A stretch of DNA of 64,000 bases from Puccinia triticina. Its lineage: Eukaryota. A program made the translations under genes and the position numbers. The notes beneath the pieces are model-generated. The model was not told the DNA's origin, did no database searches, and worked only from the letters and a program-made list of their open reading frames with translations. Location of the stretch: assembly GCA_026914245.1 (NCBI GenBank), contig CP110439.1, forward strand, positions 1,426,001 through 1,490,000, read 5' to 3'. Each line of letters starts with the position of its first letter. The stretch's first letter is position 1. Positions 25,120 through 38,125 of this stretch are shown one piece after another.

Positions 25120-25343
25120 GATTGAAGCAGATAAGTTGACTCTAAATCTGAAGGGTGTTGAAGATTGATAGTGGAGATGCTGATAGTGTTACTGTTGGCT
25201 GAAGTTGATTCTAAAAGCAGGGAGTTGATTTGTAGAGAAAGGAGTGTGAGGAGTGTAGGTGAAGTAGTATGTAGCTGATGGTAAAAGTGTTACTAAGGCT
25301 GAAGATATCTGAAGTATAGAAAAGCCACTGTTGGGACACCACT

Positions 25344-26338
25344 TGTGGAACTACTCAAGGGGGAGAATAGAGCTTGGAAGGGAAATGGATAGCAACACTA
25401 GTACTAATGTAAGCTATGCAAGGGTGCTGATGAGGCTGCCTTCCTGACTAATGCTGAGGGGATGAGAGTAACACTAAGAAAAAGAAAGAAAAGGTGTGGC
25501 TGATTTCTACTTGATCTTAGGAGCTAGTACTATGAGCTTTAACTACTGACTACTGAGGGTAAGAGAGTTGGAGGAGTGATGAGAGTGGGGGATGCAATGG
25601 CAAGGTTCAATAGCAATGGGTTCAGGAGCAACTGCACTGATATTTAATGGGTGATAAGTAATTTCTAACTTATAATTTCTGTATATAGAATTCTGCCTAT
25701 AGTTCTCTCATGAGGTACAAGTGAAGGGGGAAAGACAGTTCTTATAGTAAGGAGGGATGAGCACAGACAATGAAAAGTTCTGGCTATGGGAATGAAGGTT
25801 GTACAAATGAGGAAAAGTGATGTGAACATAGTAACAGTATGTAATGATGAGCAATGCTGAAAAGGGAATGCTGGTTATGGAAATAAAAGAATGTACTAAT
25901 GGGGAAAAGTGATGAGAACATAGTAACTACTTGTAATGATGAGCACTACTGAAAGAGGTAAGCACAGATCTAATGATGTAATGTGTACAATAGGCATAGT
26001 ACATAATGAGAAATGTATGTCAAGGGTTTAGTATGTGAGAATAAATCTGTAAAAAGAATGTAATGAAATGATTCAAGTAAATTACTAATGAAATGAGTAA
26101 TGTAACTAATGAAGACTGTAGGGTTTCTGTAAGTCTTATAGCCTCTATAGCTATTGAACCATTGAAGATAAGAGTATACTATGTATGAGTGACTATATGT
26201 AAAATTTGATGTAGAATCTGAATATGCAATAATAATGAGGTATTTGTGAAGGGTTATGGGGAAATGTTCAATGTAATGATGGATATATGTAAAAGAAAGC
26301 AATAAAATACTACTTATGGTTTGGAATGGAGCACCACA
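25344..26338 (-). repeat. 5' LTR of Gypsy 2
   Basis: Direct repeat of 15625-16619. Confidence 0.96.
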
Positions 26339-27072
26339 CCGGTCCCACCCGCAGAGAAGTATCTTCAAATATCAATGTGGGTTGGGTGACACGCAGCGTC
26401 GCCACGACGAAATGACGGATGGTGAGGGGCATTGCGGAGCCGTCTCCCAGCGCCAGGCGAATTGAGCTAGGTCGTGCCATCGGTCGGCGTTCCAGAAAGG
26501 AGTCGTCCACTGCTCTATCCGAGATGAGATCGATCTCAGAGCCTGTGTCGATGAGAGCCCTGAAATAACGGTCCGTGATTTGCAGTTCAATTATTACTCG
26601 TGCTGGTTTGATCGGATTCAGAGAGGGGTCGAGTACGTTGGACAACTTTGAGGAAGGGAGCGAGGTCAAGGGCGAAGACGAAGGCGAAAGGTGAGCCAGA
26701 TTGCTCGACAAAGACGAAGAGTTTAGAGAACCCATCACGAAAGGGTTTTCAGGAGTGGTATCGAGAAAAAAAAAGTGTAAGAGTCCGCTTGGGACTCTTC
26801 ACTGTCTGGGCTGGCACACGGCACAGAGGCCTGAAAACGGTTTCTAGGAACCACTCGTGTATTGCAAAGTACTAGCCCAGGAGAGAAGTTCAGCTTCTCT
26901 CTGTACATACAACTGAGAAAGGAAAGGAAGGGGAAAGATCGGTGCTCACCTAGCCCAGGAGAGAAGTTCAGCTTCTCTCTGCTGAGCTAGGAGGGCGCGG
27001 GGGAGCTGAGTCTAAGAGTCCGTCGATGGCTTATGTAATACCGGCTTGTGAGTTCCCGAAGGGGGCTTCACA
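26339..27072 (-). mobile_element. Truncated retroelement: short LTR (26776-27072) plus aspartic protease fragment
   Basis: TG..CA LTR with the same architecture as 14789-15118; ORF contains RALIDTGSEIDLIS; gag appears missing. Confidence 0.8.
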
Positions 27073-27830
27073 CAGCTCCCCATTTTACTGTCATCCAGCG
27101 GAACCAGCTGCTCATTTAACTGCCATCCAGCTCAACCAGCTCCATATCTCACTGACAGCCAGCTCAAACAGCTCCCCTTCACACTGAAAGTCAGCTCAAC
27201 CAGCTTGCCCAGCTCTCCATTTCACTGGAATCCAGCTCAAGTTCAACCAATTTTTCTACTCACTGGAAGCCAGCTCAAACAGCTCACCTCACTTTCCACT
27301 AGAATCCAGATCAACTGGCTAAAACAGCTCATCCTCTCACTCTCAGTTAGCTCAAACAGCTCCTTGGCCCACTGCCATCCAGCTCACAGAGCTCAACCAG
27401 CTCACAGAGCTCAACCAGCTCACCCAGCTCTATGGCTCACTTCCATCCAGCTCACCCAGACCCATAGCTCACTATAATACCAGCTGCTTTTCCCATCTCT
27501 ATGCCTACCACACATCAATTCACCCAGCTCCACAGCCAACCAAATATTAGCCCATCCAGCTCCATCACACCCCCCAGCTCACTCAACCAACCCAGCTCAA
27601 CCAGCTCCATTGCCAAGTGGCAAGCCTCACAGACCACTCAAAATAAGATTCCCTACCTCAATTTCTCAACAAAAATTGGCTCAATCAGCTCTGAAATCCA
27701 ACATCAATCAGCTCACCATGGATCCCTACCACTCAGCTTTATAAGCTCCATGGTTCTTCACAACTCAGATAAAGCAGCTCCATGGTTCTTCACAACTCAG
27801 ATAAAGAAGATATGAATCACCTCTACAAGC
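27073..27830. repeat. CCAGCTCAA-rich degenerate tandem array
   Basis: Many CCAGCTC(AA) units; reverse-complement family of 46720-48465. Confidence 0.85.
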
Positions 27831-28475
27831 TCCATCACACACCACCACTCAACTCCTATCTCCATTGTTCACCAAATATACCAGCTGCATCAAAAATTGC
27901 AATTATGGTTCATTTATGCATGCATAAAATTAAATCATAAATTCATAATGCATAAAATTGAATCACAAATTCATAAAAAAAATTCAGTGGGATTGCATAA
28001 TCAAACTCATGTCATCCCCTGCAAAGAAGGATTGATCAATTTATGATTTATGCATAAACCAACTTTGAACAACATAAATGTATCCTGCCCAGTTCTGAAT
28101 CACACCATAACTGATCACAAACCTCAGATTAAACCTCTTGAAACCTCACATTAAACAACCCTACTTTCCCTAGAAGCAGTGTGAGTTCATCTCTTGATAA
28201 TGCATAATGCAACATAAATATGAAAATTTGTTTGATTTTCCCATGACCATTGCACACTATGAATATTCAATATCTCTATTCCTAAAACTAGAAAGGTTGA
28301 ACTGTGTGTTTTAATGAGAAGAGATCAATTTGGACCAAGAGTTGATTGAGAGAAGGGTTTGATCATGAGAAGGTTTTAAATGAGATAAATGGTGGATGAG
28401 AAAGATTCAAAAAAACAGGCAACCATGAGAAAATAGATTGAATTTAAATAAAATAAAACCTAAAATTGAATGAAT

Positions 28476-30224
28476 TCATTGATTGTTGACATGGAAGATT
28501 TGAAAATGACCAGCCTCAATGTCTGCAATCCATTTTTCTCTAATCTTAGTAACCATCCGTTCAACACCAACAGAAATTTCTTCCTGGCTGATGGTAGATT
28601 CTCCACTCTGAATAACTTCTAAGTAAGGATGTCGCTTCAATAATTCGGGCAATGGATTTGCCTGTTTGGGGAAGGTGACCTGATCAACTCCAAGGGCCGC
28701 ACCTTTTGTATGAGATTGATGCAAGTTATACAGATCAGCATTAATAAGATGCATGAACGAAATGTTTTAGACTAGGATGACTAACCAAGTAACTTGTTGA
28801 GGGCATCTCTTAGGGCCGTTCGTACTTGGTCAGATTTTTTTCCAGCTGGAGCTGGAACATCTCGGGAGCCATTCAAGCCATCAACCACGCCTTGGATCGT
28901 TCTTCCATGGCTATACGATTCGAATATGGCCTTGCAAGTCCATTGATCCTCAGCATATTTCAGCCATATGGGATCGTTAGACAACTCTTTGCAAAAGCTA
29001 CCACTTCCAGCGAATTGGGTGGCTGTCATCAGGTAGTATGTCAAGTTGTAGACATTTGACATTGTGTAAAGCTTAAATTTGTGCTACATTAGCATTGGTA
29101 TATGATTTTCAAGAAATAAAATTGTATCACTAACCTCTGAATTGATTTGAGTGATGTGTTTGATTACTTGTGCTTGAACCTCTTGGCTAGAATCAACTCC
29201 ACCTCCCAAACCCTTCAGCACAAGACTTGCAACCTTTGTGTGATTCACCAGTTTCTCATAGAGTGGTCTGTAGAATTCGTCTTCCTCTGCAGTTAGAATT
29301 TCCATCACTGTCGTATTTTCTTCATCTTCTTCATCTTCATCGTCTTCCCCATCATAAGGAATTGGTATTTTTGAGAAATGCCGAAAAATCCTTGCATCAA
29401 ACACCAATCTTTTGTCATCAGACATTTGACAAGACCAAACGTCACCAAGGTGACCATTCCTTTCATCCCATCCAAAGGGACTCCCCCTTGGGGGAACTAA
29501 AATTGAATTTTAATTTCAGTTAGATTCCTCAATATTTAAGTGAATAAAACACACCTGGAGTATCTGCACTTTCTTTACTATATGCCACAAAACGGTTCCA
29601 GTTACTTTTTTTACGAGATGGCCGATCTTCACCCCTGATGACAACATCAAATGATCAGAAATAAGTTGTTTCATATGTTTTACAAAAACAAAATTGAGCT
29701 TACTGAAAAGAGTTCACCATTTTTGAGGTGACATTCCCAATACAAGCCAGCATCAACTTGATTTTTGTGTACGTCCTTTTCTGGGATCGAAGTGCTTCTT
29801 GGATTTCAGTTGGAATTCGATTTCTTTTTTCAGTTTGTTGTGCTAGAACATCACGCAGTTGTTTTTCGCTCCAAAGGTTAAGACGGCTTTCATAATTTTC
29901 AAGCGTGAGGTCTTCAGGTGGGCCAGTTTCGCTTCTTGTTTGGCCCCGACAATGTTGTCCATGGCTACCATCTTCATCTTCATCTTCATCTTCATCTTCC
30001 TCTTCCTCTTCCTCCCAATGTTGGCCTGAATTACCATGCATTGCTCCACCGCCACGTCTAGCTCCCCCACCCCGCCCAGCACCACCACTTCTTCCTCCTC
30101 GGCCAGCACGTCCAGCACCTTCTCCGCGGCCACGTAGCCCTCGCCTAGCCCAGTTTGCAGCTGCACCTGATCTTGATCTGTTTGGACGCCTTTCATTTGG
30201 TTGGGATGCACGAGTTACAACCAT
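28476..30224 (-). CDS. Multi-exon protein with divergent HMG-box-like domain (TET/KDZ-associated type)
   Basis: Hand-spliced exons give RKKSNWNRFVAYS...WDERNGHLGDVWSCQMSDDKRLVF, matching HMG-box helix spacing. RGG-rich and acidic N-terminus. Confidence 0.6.
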
Positions 30225-30849
30225 GATTGAATCTGAGAAATGTGTGATTTCTTTGATGAGGGTTTGGGAGTATATGAGCTTCTGATTTGGGAGTTGGTGT
30301 GAATTTGAAACTTGGTGGTCTGATGCTACTTACGAATCTTAACTTTAAGTATTTGCCTTGTTGCTGTTGTCAGATCAATGATGTTGCTGGTCGGTGAAAT
30401 GCCATTCAAATTCAATTGGTGGAAAAACCAACACTCATTTCCATCAGGGGCTATGTACACACATGTTCCACCCAAACTATCATCTGTATAGTTCAATACT
30501 ACATCAATACTTGTAAATATGGTCACTTGACACCTGCATGCAGCATACTTACTGTGGCACAAGAAAGAGCTGTATGTATTCAATCAATGCCAACTTATTC
30601 TTTTCTGTTTTTCCAGCACACAGCACAGCAGTTCACTGTATAAATAAATTTAACACAAAAGACTTGAAAATACATATTTATGTACACCCCAAATGCAAAA
30701 CTTCAATTTGAAATAATCTCGGAAGGAACTTTGGAAAACCTTTGAATTAGACCATCAAGCCATTGAAGGCCTTCAACACCGTCAACGTCGCCGGCTGGGC
30801 GAAATCGCCAGGATAGATCTCCAACCAACTCGCGGCCAACACATGACAA

Positions 30850-31090
30850 ATCCTGTCCCAAAATCCAGAGCCAAACATCGTGCTAAAGTATTCACCTCGT
30901 CGAATGAGAATCTTTTTGCTGGCATACAACCTACGAACAACAAGATTAGAGTTGCCAGAGTTGCCCTTCTGTTCGGAAGTTCCATCGCGATGGCGGCGGC
31001 AATGGATTATCTTAAAGCATATATCCGAATACAATGGGTCGTTGAAGAGGGAGGAATACGCTTCGAGGAGACCCAACGGCATGGGCTTCT
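30850..31090 (-). pseudogene. BTB/POZ domain gene fragment
   Basis: LFNDPLYSDICFKI...LYASKKIL..RGEYFSTMFGSGF, then the similarity stops abruptly. Confidence 0.7.
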
Positions 31091-32570
31091 TGATCGTCTG
31101 AGTGGTTGGTTGAGGGGCTGTTGGGGTTGGACTGATGTGAAAACAGATCGAAAATTGAGGCAAATGGGAAATGAGAATAAATTCAGTAATTTGTATTGAA
31201 CAGGTCATCTTGCACGCTGGAGAGTAGAGGGGATGGTGCATGATTGAAGGAAACAAATACTCACGAGTAAACTATAGTACAGCAGATCAGAAACGCATCG
31301 TTGTACTTTGCCTATTGGTGAAAAAGCATGTAGAGTCAAAGTAAGTACAACCAAATCATTGAAAAAAAATGAAGGTTATCCCGCCGACTACATGGAAGGT
31401 CGGTTTAAAGGAGATGGGGCATCCGATTAAAAGTAATAACTCAACAGAAAGATTGGAGTAATAAGCATCGTTTCTTCTCCAATATTGTGCCCATCCCCTG
31501 TTGCAAGCTTCATAACTGAATGCATGGTCATTGGCCTCCATGGTTTTGTAGGTCGTTCAACAATCCAAACTTTTGATCTTTAATGTGTCATGTCCAAACA
31601 AACCGGTTTTGCTTAGACACATAATGAGGTAATCAAGTCTTTCAAGCTTAGAACAAAGACATACCTCAAAAGTGAACTTGAACTAGAGTCCTTCCCTTTG
31701 CCATGGTACCTGGTTTGGATCAAGTGGTTTGAGATGAGTGGAATTTGCTAGATCATTGACGAGTGAAGGATATGTAGTTGGAGAAGATGGTAAATCAGCT
31801 AGTCGTTTCAGAAAGGGAAAATCAAGGTGAGTAACTTACGACTGAGGCTTGAGCTAGAAGCGGATGATGGTAAGAGCGAGTGTTTCATCAACTGATATAC
31901 AGCGGCTTTCTCGAATTCTTCGGGCGTTGGTTGACAAGATAGGTAAAGGGAGCAATACTGGTCGTGGCCGGAATTTCTGGATTACACGATCAAAGCAGGT
32001 TAATCTTCAGGATCTTTTCGCCCTCTTGGATTTTTTATTAATTAGAAAAAAAAACAATTTACGGGTAGAAGAACACCTGCCATTTCCCTTGACCGAAGAA
32101 AGCAGATTTAAAACACTTTGACTTGGTGTCACCTTTAGAAGAATATAATATATGTTTCAAGTTTGAAAGTTTCCATTCAAGTGAAACCTATGGAGTTGAA
32201 ACAGGACAAGTTAGACAACGATGCGGGTTTGTGGCTGATGCTCAGGACAACAATAAAATAGAAACTCACGCTTTTAATTTCTAAGAACTCTTGTTTGTCG
32301 TTCATATTGGGAGAGGCACTTGCTGGTTTGTTCATGACAATTGAGTAATTGTTTTTGTTGCGGTCTTGGTCAAAAGGGTGGTTGTAGATAAGAACAGAAA
32401 AGGGATGGTGATCAAGTCCCTCCCGGACTACTGTCGCCACGGGCACGGGGGCTAGCACGGGGCTCAGGTCGGGGACCACCTACAAATGCATCATAGATCT
32501 ATGCATTCGTGGCGATGAATTGATCCGTGCATTTGTACTGGCGGATTGCGTGCAATCCGCCAGTACAACT

Positions 32571-33964
32571 TGTGATGCTCGCCGGTTTCAAGAGCGGGAA
32601 AGATGCGAGCGAACTTAGTTGCTGATCCATTGCAGGGAGAAAAGGATGAGACGGTGTAAGACTCAAAAGTGGTAATGAAACCCTTTTGCTGAATGGTGAA
32701 GGGTATGATGGAGTTGCAAGCTCTGCCCTTCTGTTATCAGTCAACAAGACCCACCAAGCTCAGCTTGGCAAGTTTTATTAAGTGATAGGTCTGGTCTGTT
32801 CCAGATGAAATCTGTTTGACTGGCAACGTGTAAGTGTTTCAATTACTTTGTTATAAGGGTTGAAATGTTGTTATAAGGGTTGATTTATTGTTATAAGGGT
32901 TTTAGGATTTGAGTGTGGATGAGTGTTGGGTGACTTGTGAGTTCTGGGTGAGGAACTGGAGAGCAGACCACTGGGGGTGGAGAGAGCTCCTTTTATAGAC
33001 AAAAGTGGAGCCCCAAAGGGGCTTGTGGGTTAGGGTTTCAGCTAATCTAGACAACAGGGTGAGGGATTTTAGCTGGTGGGAGTAGATACAAATGATGTCA
33101 TAACCCCTCAGGGGCGCATGAATGGTGTCAGAATATACAACAGAAAATTCTAACGCATGCATGAGGTGACAGTAGACTGCATGAGCTGTCATACAGGGGG
33201 AATTAGTGTATACACAAGTCTGAGGCTGCAGAAACAGTGTAAATGATGTCATACTATGTATATAAAGGAGTGTATGTAGTTAATATGTAATGAGTGTAGC
33301 CTGACAGGGAGATGTATGTTTGTATCCTGTGATATGTATAAGTGTACTACTGTGAAACTTGGGTTGAGGCAGGTGACAGCTGGGTTACTGAGGCTGGCCG
33401 TGTGATATGTGTCCATGAGGTGTAACTTCCACACTAGAGGGGGTCCAGGGGTGCTTCCAGTGGTGACTAGGGGTGAAATTGGCTGTAGAATCCATTTCTG
33501 GGGTCCATTTGATGGTATCTTGAGGCCTAGTATGAGTAATTATGTGGCATAGAAAAAACTTTTTATTTTTCCACTTTTCCGTCTACCACAACGGCTTGAC
33601 AATAGGAAGAGACAGAGAGAAGATAAGAATAGAGGAGACTCGTTGGACGAGTTTGTGAGGGGTTCGAGAGGATACAAAGGAAGGCCGGACTTGGAGAAGT
33701 CCGGGCTGGATTTGGTAAACTAATGTTGTATGTACATGCTCTGAGATAATTACAAGAGGAAGAGAGATAATACAAGATGGCCGCGAACGGCTCACATAAG
33801 GGATATCGGGCCAAGAGCGGCGAACAACAGACTAGGGTATTTGGCTAAGAGCAGCGAAGAATAGAAGACCGAGAGCGGTCAGAAGTGTACAAGAGAACGC
33901 TGAAGCCATTAACTTATTAGCCGGAGGAGTGGCTGTTGCCTTAAGCGGAAGCCAGGGCTTCACA
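32571..33964. mobile_element. Probable LTR (TGTGA...TCACA) split by a younger solo LTR
   Basis: TG..CA ends interrupt a palindrome unit; no clean TSD. Confidence 0.5.
32655..33590 (-). mobile_element. Solo LTR (Gypsy 1-related), 4-bp TSD ACGG
   Basis: acgg|TGTAAGACTC...GTCTACCACA|acgg; reverse complement of the 9814-11001 family. Confidence 0.92.
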
Positions 33965-34375
33965 AAATGCATATGATTACGTGGTTCAATGCATTCGTAC
34001 TGGCAGATTCGTACTGGCGATTCGTACTGGCGGATTGCACGCAATCTGCCAGTACGAATGCATAACAAGAAGGCTCTCAAACACTTCGTACTGGCGGACA
34101 TGCAATCCGCCAGTAGGAAATTCGTCTAATTTCACGCAATCCGCCAGCACGAATGCATACATACAATTAAGTGGATCAATGCATTCGTACTGGCGGATTG
34201 CACGCAATCTGCCAGTATGAATGCATAACAAGAAGGCTCTCAAACACTTCGTACTGGCGGATTACACGCAATCCGCCAGTACGAATGCATACAATTAAGT
34301 GGATCAATGCATTCGTACTGGCAGATTGCACGCAATCTGCCAGTACGAATGCATAACAAGAAGGCTCTCAAACAC

Positions 34376-34680
34376 TGTGATGTCCCGGATCTGGGGACCT
34401 GTATACACCGGAATAGGCACTCGCCAATTCCCTTTCCTTGCCGCTCTCGGCGCTCCTATTTGTCTCCTGTCTTATCTCTCTCTTTGTTCTCTTAGAGGTG
34501 AACTGCATCGCTAAGTCCTATCGCGGCCCTCAGGCCAACCCTTGTATTACTATTATCGGCCTTCTGGCCTACACCCTAGTTTCTCTCTCGTAAGATCTCA
34601 TAGATCTTATTGTACCTTTTGTATTCCTACTCAGGCCCGATGGCGCCTATAAATAGAGGCCATCGCGCCCGCCGAAACAT
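34376..34680 (+). mobile_element. Probable truncated LTR fragment
   Basis: Starts TGTGATG at an abrupt junction; pyrimidine-rich; TATAAATA at ~34648; resembles the 32571/33964 element. Confidence 0.4.
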
Positions 34681-34939
34681 AATTCCATGAAAGGTTCTGA
34701 AACATAAGAGCCAGTTTGGAAAGCATGGCAGTGAAACTACACAATTGTGGAATTCCCCAAGCTAGCAAGCAAATGTGTGTCACATTGGGGTGAAGTGTGA
34801 AACAAACCAGAAGAATCATGAGACTTCTTATTTTGTTTTGTGTTCGAGACTATGTGAAGTTTTCTTGAAAAATATATGATATTCAGTCTCATAATCATCA
34901 AGCATATTTTTTTCTCTTCCGCTCCTTCATATTTCTATA

Positions 34940-36145
34940 ATGGCATCATTCAATGAAGTCCACCCCAGCATTCAAGCAACATCCGTCCTCAAACCAAGAG
35001 ACAATCAAGCTAAGCGTGAATTTTACATACAAAATATTACAAGAAATCCTCAAACTGGCCAGTGCATTTCCAATGATATCATTGCAGATTGTGTGACTTT
35101 AAGTATAGATCAAATATCATCTCATGAAGAAATTAAATGCCCAGAAGTTGCTTCAATTGATGAAACCCAGAAATTCCTTTCACAAGCAGAACATCTGATC
35201 AATCCAAAAGCCCCAACAGCAATACTGACAAACCTCAACCGTGAACTAGGTCTTCTTGTCAAACAAACAAAATGGTCAGATATGACACCTCAAGAATTCA
35301 AAGATATTCAATTTTTAACCACTACTCTTGTGCAACTTGGGCGATTCTACAATACCCAAACAAACAGCTCTTTCCTGACTGGAATTATGAAGGGGTTTGG
35401 TTGGAGAAAGGGATATGAACCCACAGAACATGCTGGTAAGTCCCCATAATCATTAGTTATTGATTAAAAAAAAATTCCATCATAAATATTTATATTGCCA
35501 TGTTCAAACCAGGCACCTACACACCTTCAAACATACAAACTGAAGAAGATTACTTGGAGTGGAAGAATCTCATACTTCAACTACCAAAGATTGAGTCAAT
35601 CATAGCAAGCAGATTTAAGAAACTTGCCCCTGGTTTATTTCTTCAAGCTGTTGAGAAGATGCAAAAAGCTAAAGTGCCTGGCTTTGGTGACCTGGAATTC
35701 AATAATTCAAATTCAACTCCTTTTGCATCAAATCTCACTGCAACATGGGGTGAATTCTCCAACCAAGCACACATAGACAATGATGTTGGTCCAATCTCAT
35801 ATGGCGGCTGGTGTGGAATAGAGGAGGCTTCTGGGGAACCTGCAAGTAAAGCTGGTGGCTATGACATTGAATATGGCCAATTTTTTCTTCCAGGAATATC
35901 TACTGTGGTTGATTTTAATGCAGTAGATGGTTGGACTGATATGTTCTGGGCCTCAAATCTCCTCTATCACCAAACCGTCAAATCAGTGCAACCCCTCAAC
36001 AGTCCCTTCACCTGTTTTGCCTTCTCAGTTAAAATCAGCAAACCATTGTATGATGGATGTGTTACTGCACTTTCCGAATCAGACCTTGTTTTTGGAGGAT
36101 TTGAAATGCGGGATCAACAAGTCAGATGTTTAGTTTATCCTACTG
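34940..36145 (+). CDS. TET/JBP-family 2OG-Fe(II) dioxygenase domain (copy 1; exons 34940-35435 and 35513-36145)
   Basis: GFGWRKG; HIDND (HxD); GQFFLP; YHQT (distal His). The expected 2OG-binding Arg is Cys (TGT 36013-36015). Homologous to 59197-60048. Confidence 0.85.
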
Positions 36146-36215
36146 GTAAGAATAAAATTCTACTTCCCCAAACTATCCCTTGATGTTGAACTTTGATCTC
36201 TTTCTACTGTACCAG

Positions 36216-38125
36216 GGGATAATACAGGCAACAACTCCAATTCTGACTCAAAATCTGAAACCTCTGATTCAAGTGAAGATTCAAGTGAAGATTCAAGTGA
36301 CCTGTCTGAATCAGATGATGAAATTGAAAAATCAATTTTATCAGCAGAAGAGCTCCTGAACAACATGATGGCAGCACGGAAGCAACTAGAGTTTGTCTGG
36401 AAAAATTCAAAACTTCCACAAGAGGTTTGCCATCTCACCAGACAGGTAATTGAGGCTGTTGATAATCTCTCACAAAAGGTCAGTCTCTAAAGCCATCTAA
36501 TTTCCCTTGTTTCTGGCATCTGATATCTTGATTTTGCTACACACAGATGTCACTGAAGGAAGACCATTACCACAAGATGATCAGGTAAAAATTGGCAAAC
36601 CAGAACTGCTTGGGAAGCGGAGGCAAGTATTGGGGCGTACTTGCAAATCAGTCAAAAAAATTTGCCAGCAGTCAGATTCCCAATGCCATCCTTGTTCTTC
36701 AAAAATCATCAGCACTCATCCCTCTGCACACAAGTCAAAAAAGCCCAAAAAGAAAAAAAACTGTTCAAAAGCAGTCAAACTTGGCACCAAAACATCAATC
36801 AAATGCGGAAAGCACACCTCCTGTTAACACCAACTTAAATCATGAAAGAAACCAGCATGATGCCAATCCTAGATCCCAAGAATTGCTTACCAACCAGCTA
36901 GTCACAATGAAATACAGAAATGAGCTTGCCCCAATACACAAGATTTACACCAGGCCCCTTGGCTCTTGTGGCTACAAAATGGCACTTGAATCTATTAATC
37001 AGCTTTACTCCATTCGTACACATAGAATGAAGCCACTAAATGAGTACAGTTGTGAACTTTCCTCAAGGCTCAGTATCAATCGTGTTGATGTCACCATGAA
37101 ATCATGGCTCAAGAAATTGAGACTAGAGGGTAAACATAATTTCATCAATTACATTTTAAATTCATAGTTATTGAAATTACATTTTAAATTCATAGTTATT
37201 GATGGAATTTGATTTTGATTGATTAGGTCCAGATTTAATTTTGCCTCACCGAAATGAGCCATTCTTCAAACCAGACATTTGGAGATTTCCCAGTGAAGGC
37301 CAGAAAGAAGACATTGAAACCAACAACAACATTGGATCAGAGCTTTCTTCAATTTTTCAACTCTTCTGTCACCCCTCAGAATCAATGCAGATGAAGTGGG
37401 CATCAGTTATCTTTCAGGCCATTTCACTCATTTCCCAGGACATCAATGCTCTCCCAGTCTACATTGCACCAGAAGAAGGTGAAAATCACCTTGAACCTGA
37501 AATTTCAATCATCAAATATTTTATTCAATGCATCACCAATGGTTTTCAGATCTCATCTAAATCAAAAGAACTCAAAATAAGTTTCTTATCACTGGACAAG
37601 TTGGTCAAGACCATCCATCAAATGCTGCTTGCTTATGCTATCCTCAAAGGTCGCTGTAAAATGCATCAATTGGAAACAGTGTCACATACTTACGCAGAAC
37701 AATGGGAGAAGCTACCATCTGAACATACATCTAGACCTTCTTTTCAACTCATCACTTCATTCTGTGTGGCTGGAATTCGGGGGCTTTTACTCACTCCCTC
37801 TGACCGCTCATTTATCTCAGCATCCAAGGCTTTCCTGTTTGTTTCAATAGTGGCAAAGGTGAACTTGCTGCAGCCCCCTTTGATTGACGACATTATTGAG
37901 CCAGTTTGGAAGAGAACAAACACGTATATCTGCTCTCTCATAAATTCGGCTTTCTTTTCCTCAAGTGGCTTCAACCCAGTCCGTGTCTCTCGTTATGATC
38001 TTGCTAAGTACCTTGTCCTAGACTTCAGTGAGCATTGGATCAACTCCCATCCAGGAGGCGAAAGAATCATGAATGTTCCCAAGCGCTCAGACTGCCCAGC
38101 CACCCACTTGAAACTTGATTATTAG
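36216..38125 (+). CDS. Uncharacterised helical protein, apparently spliced in frame to TET copy 1 (TAA at 36586-36588)
   Basis: GT-AG introns 36146-36215, 36479-36546 and ~37130-37226; motifs shared with 48587-50957. Confidence 0.6.

Larger units (their letters stand above)
15625..26338 (-). mobile_element. Full-length Ty3/Gypsy LTR retrotransposon 2
   Basis: Two 995-bp LTRs (about 7 mismatches seen by eye) with CCGG on both flanks. PPT at 16620-16633; PBS-position TGGTGTCCCAACAGTGG at 25325-25341; open gag-PR and pol. Confidence 0.97.
32500..34375. repeat. Array of ~45-bp palindromes (GCATTCGTACTGGCGGATTGC-AC-GCAATCCGCCAGTACGAATGC) interrupted by nested LTRs
   Basis: One copy at 32528-32566 and about six at 33990-34355; ~128-bp higher-order period. 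Confidence 0.85.

Noticed and set aside
25325..25341. Assigning the Gypsy 2 PBS to a specific tRNA
   Set aside because: It begins TGG, but I cannot match it to a tRNA 3' end without a search.
31356..32480. Short minus-strand ORF fragments as a gene
   Set aside because: No recognisable domain and no consistent exon model by eye.
33990..34375. CRISPR array of palindromic repeats
   Set aside because: The linkers are repeated rather than unique.
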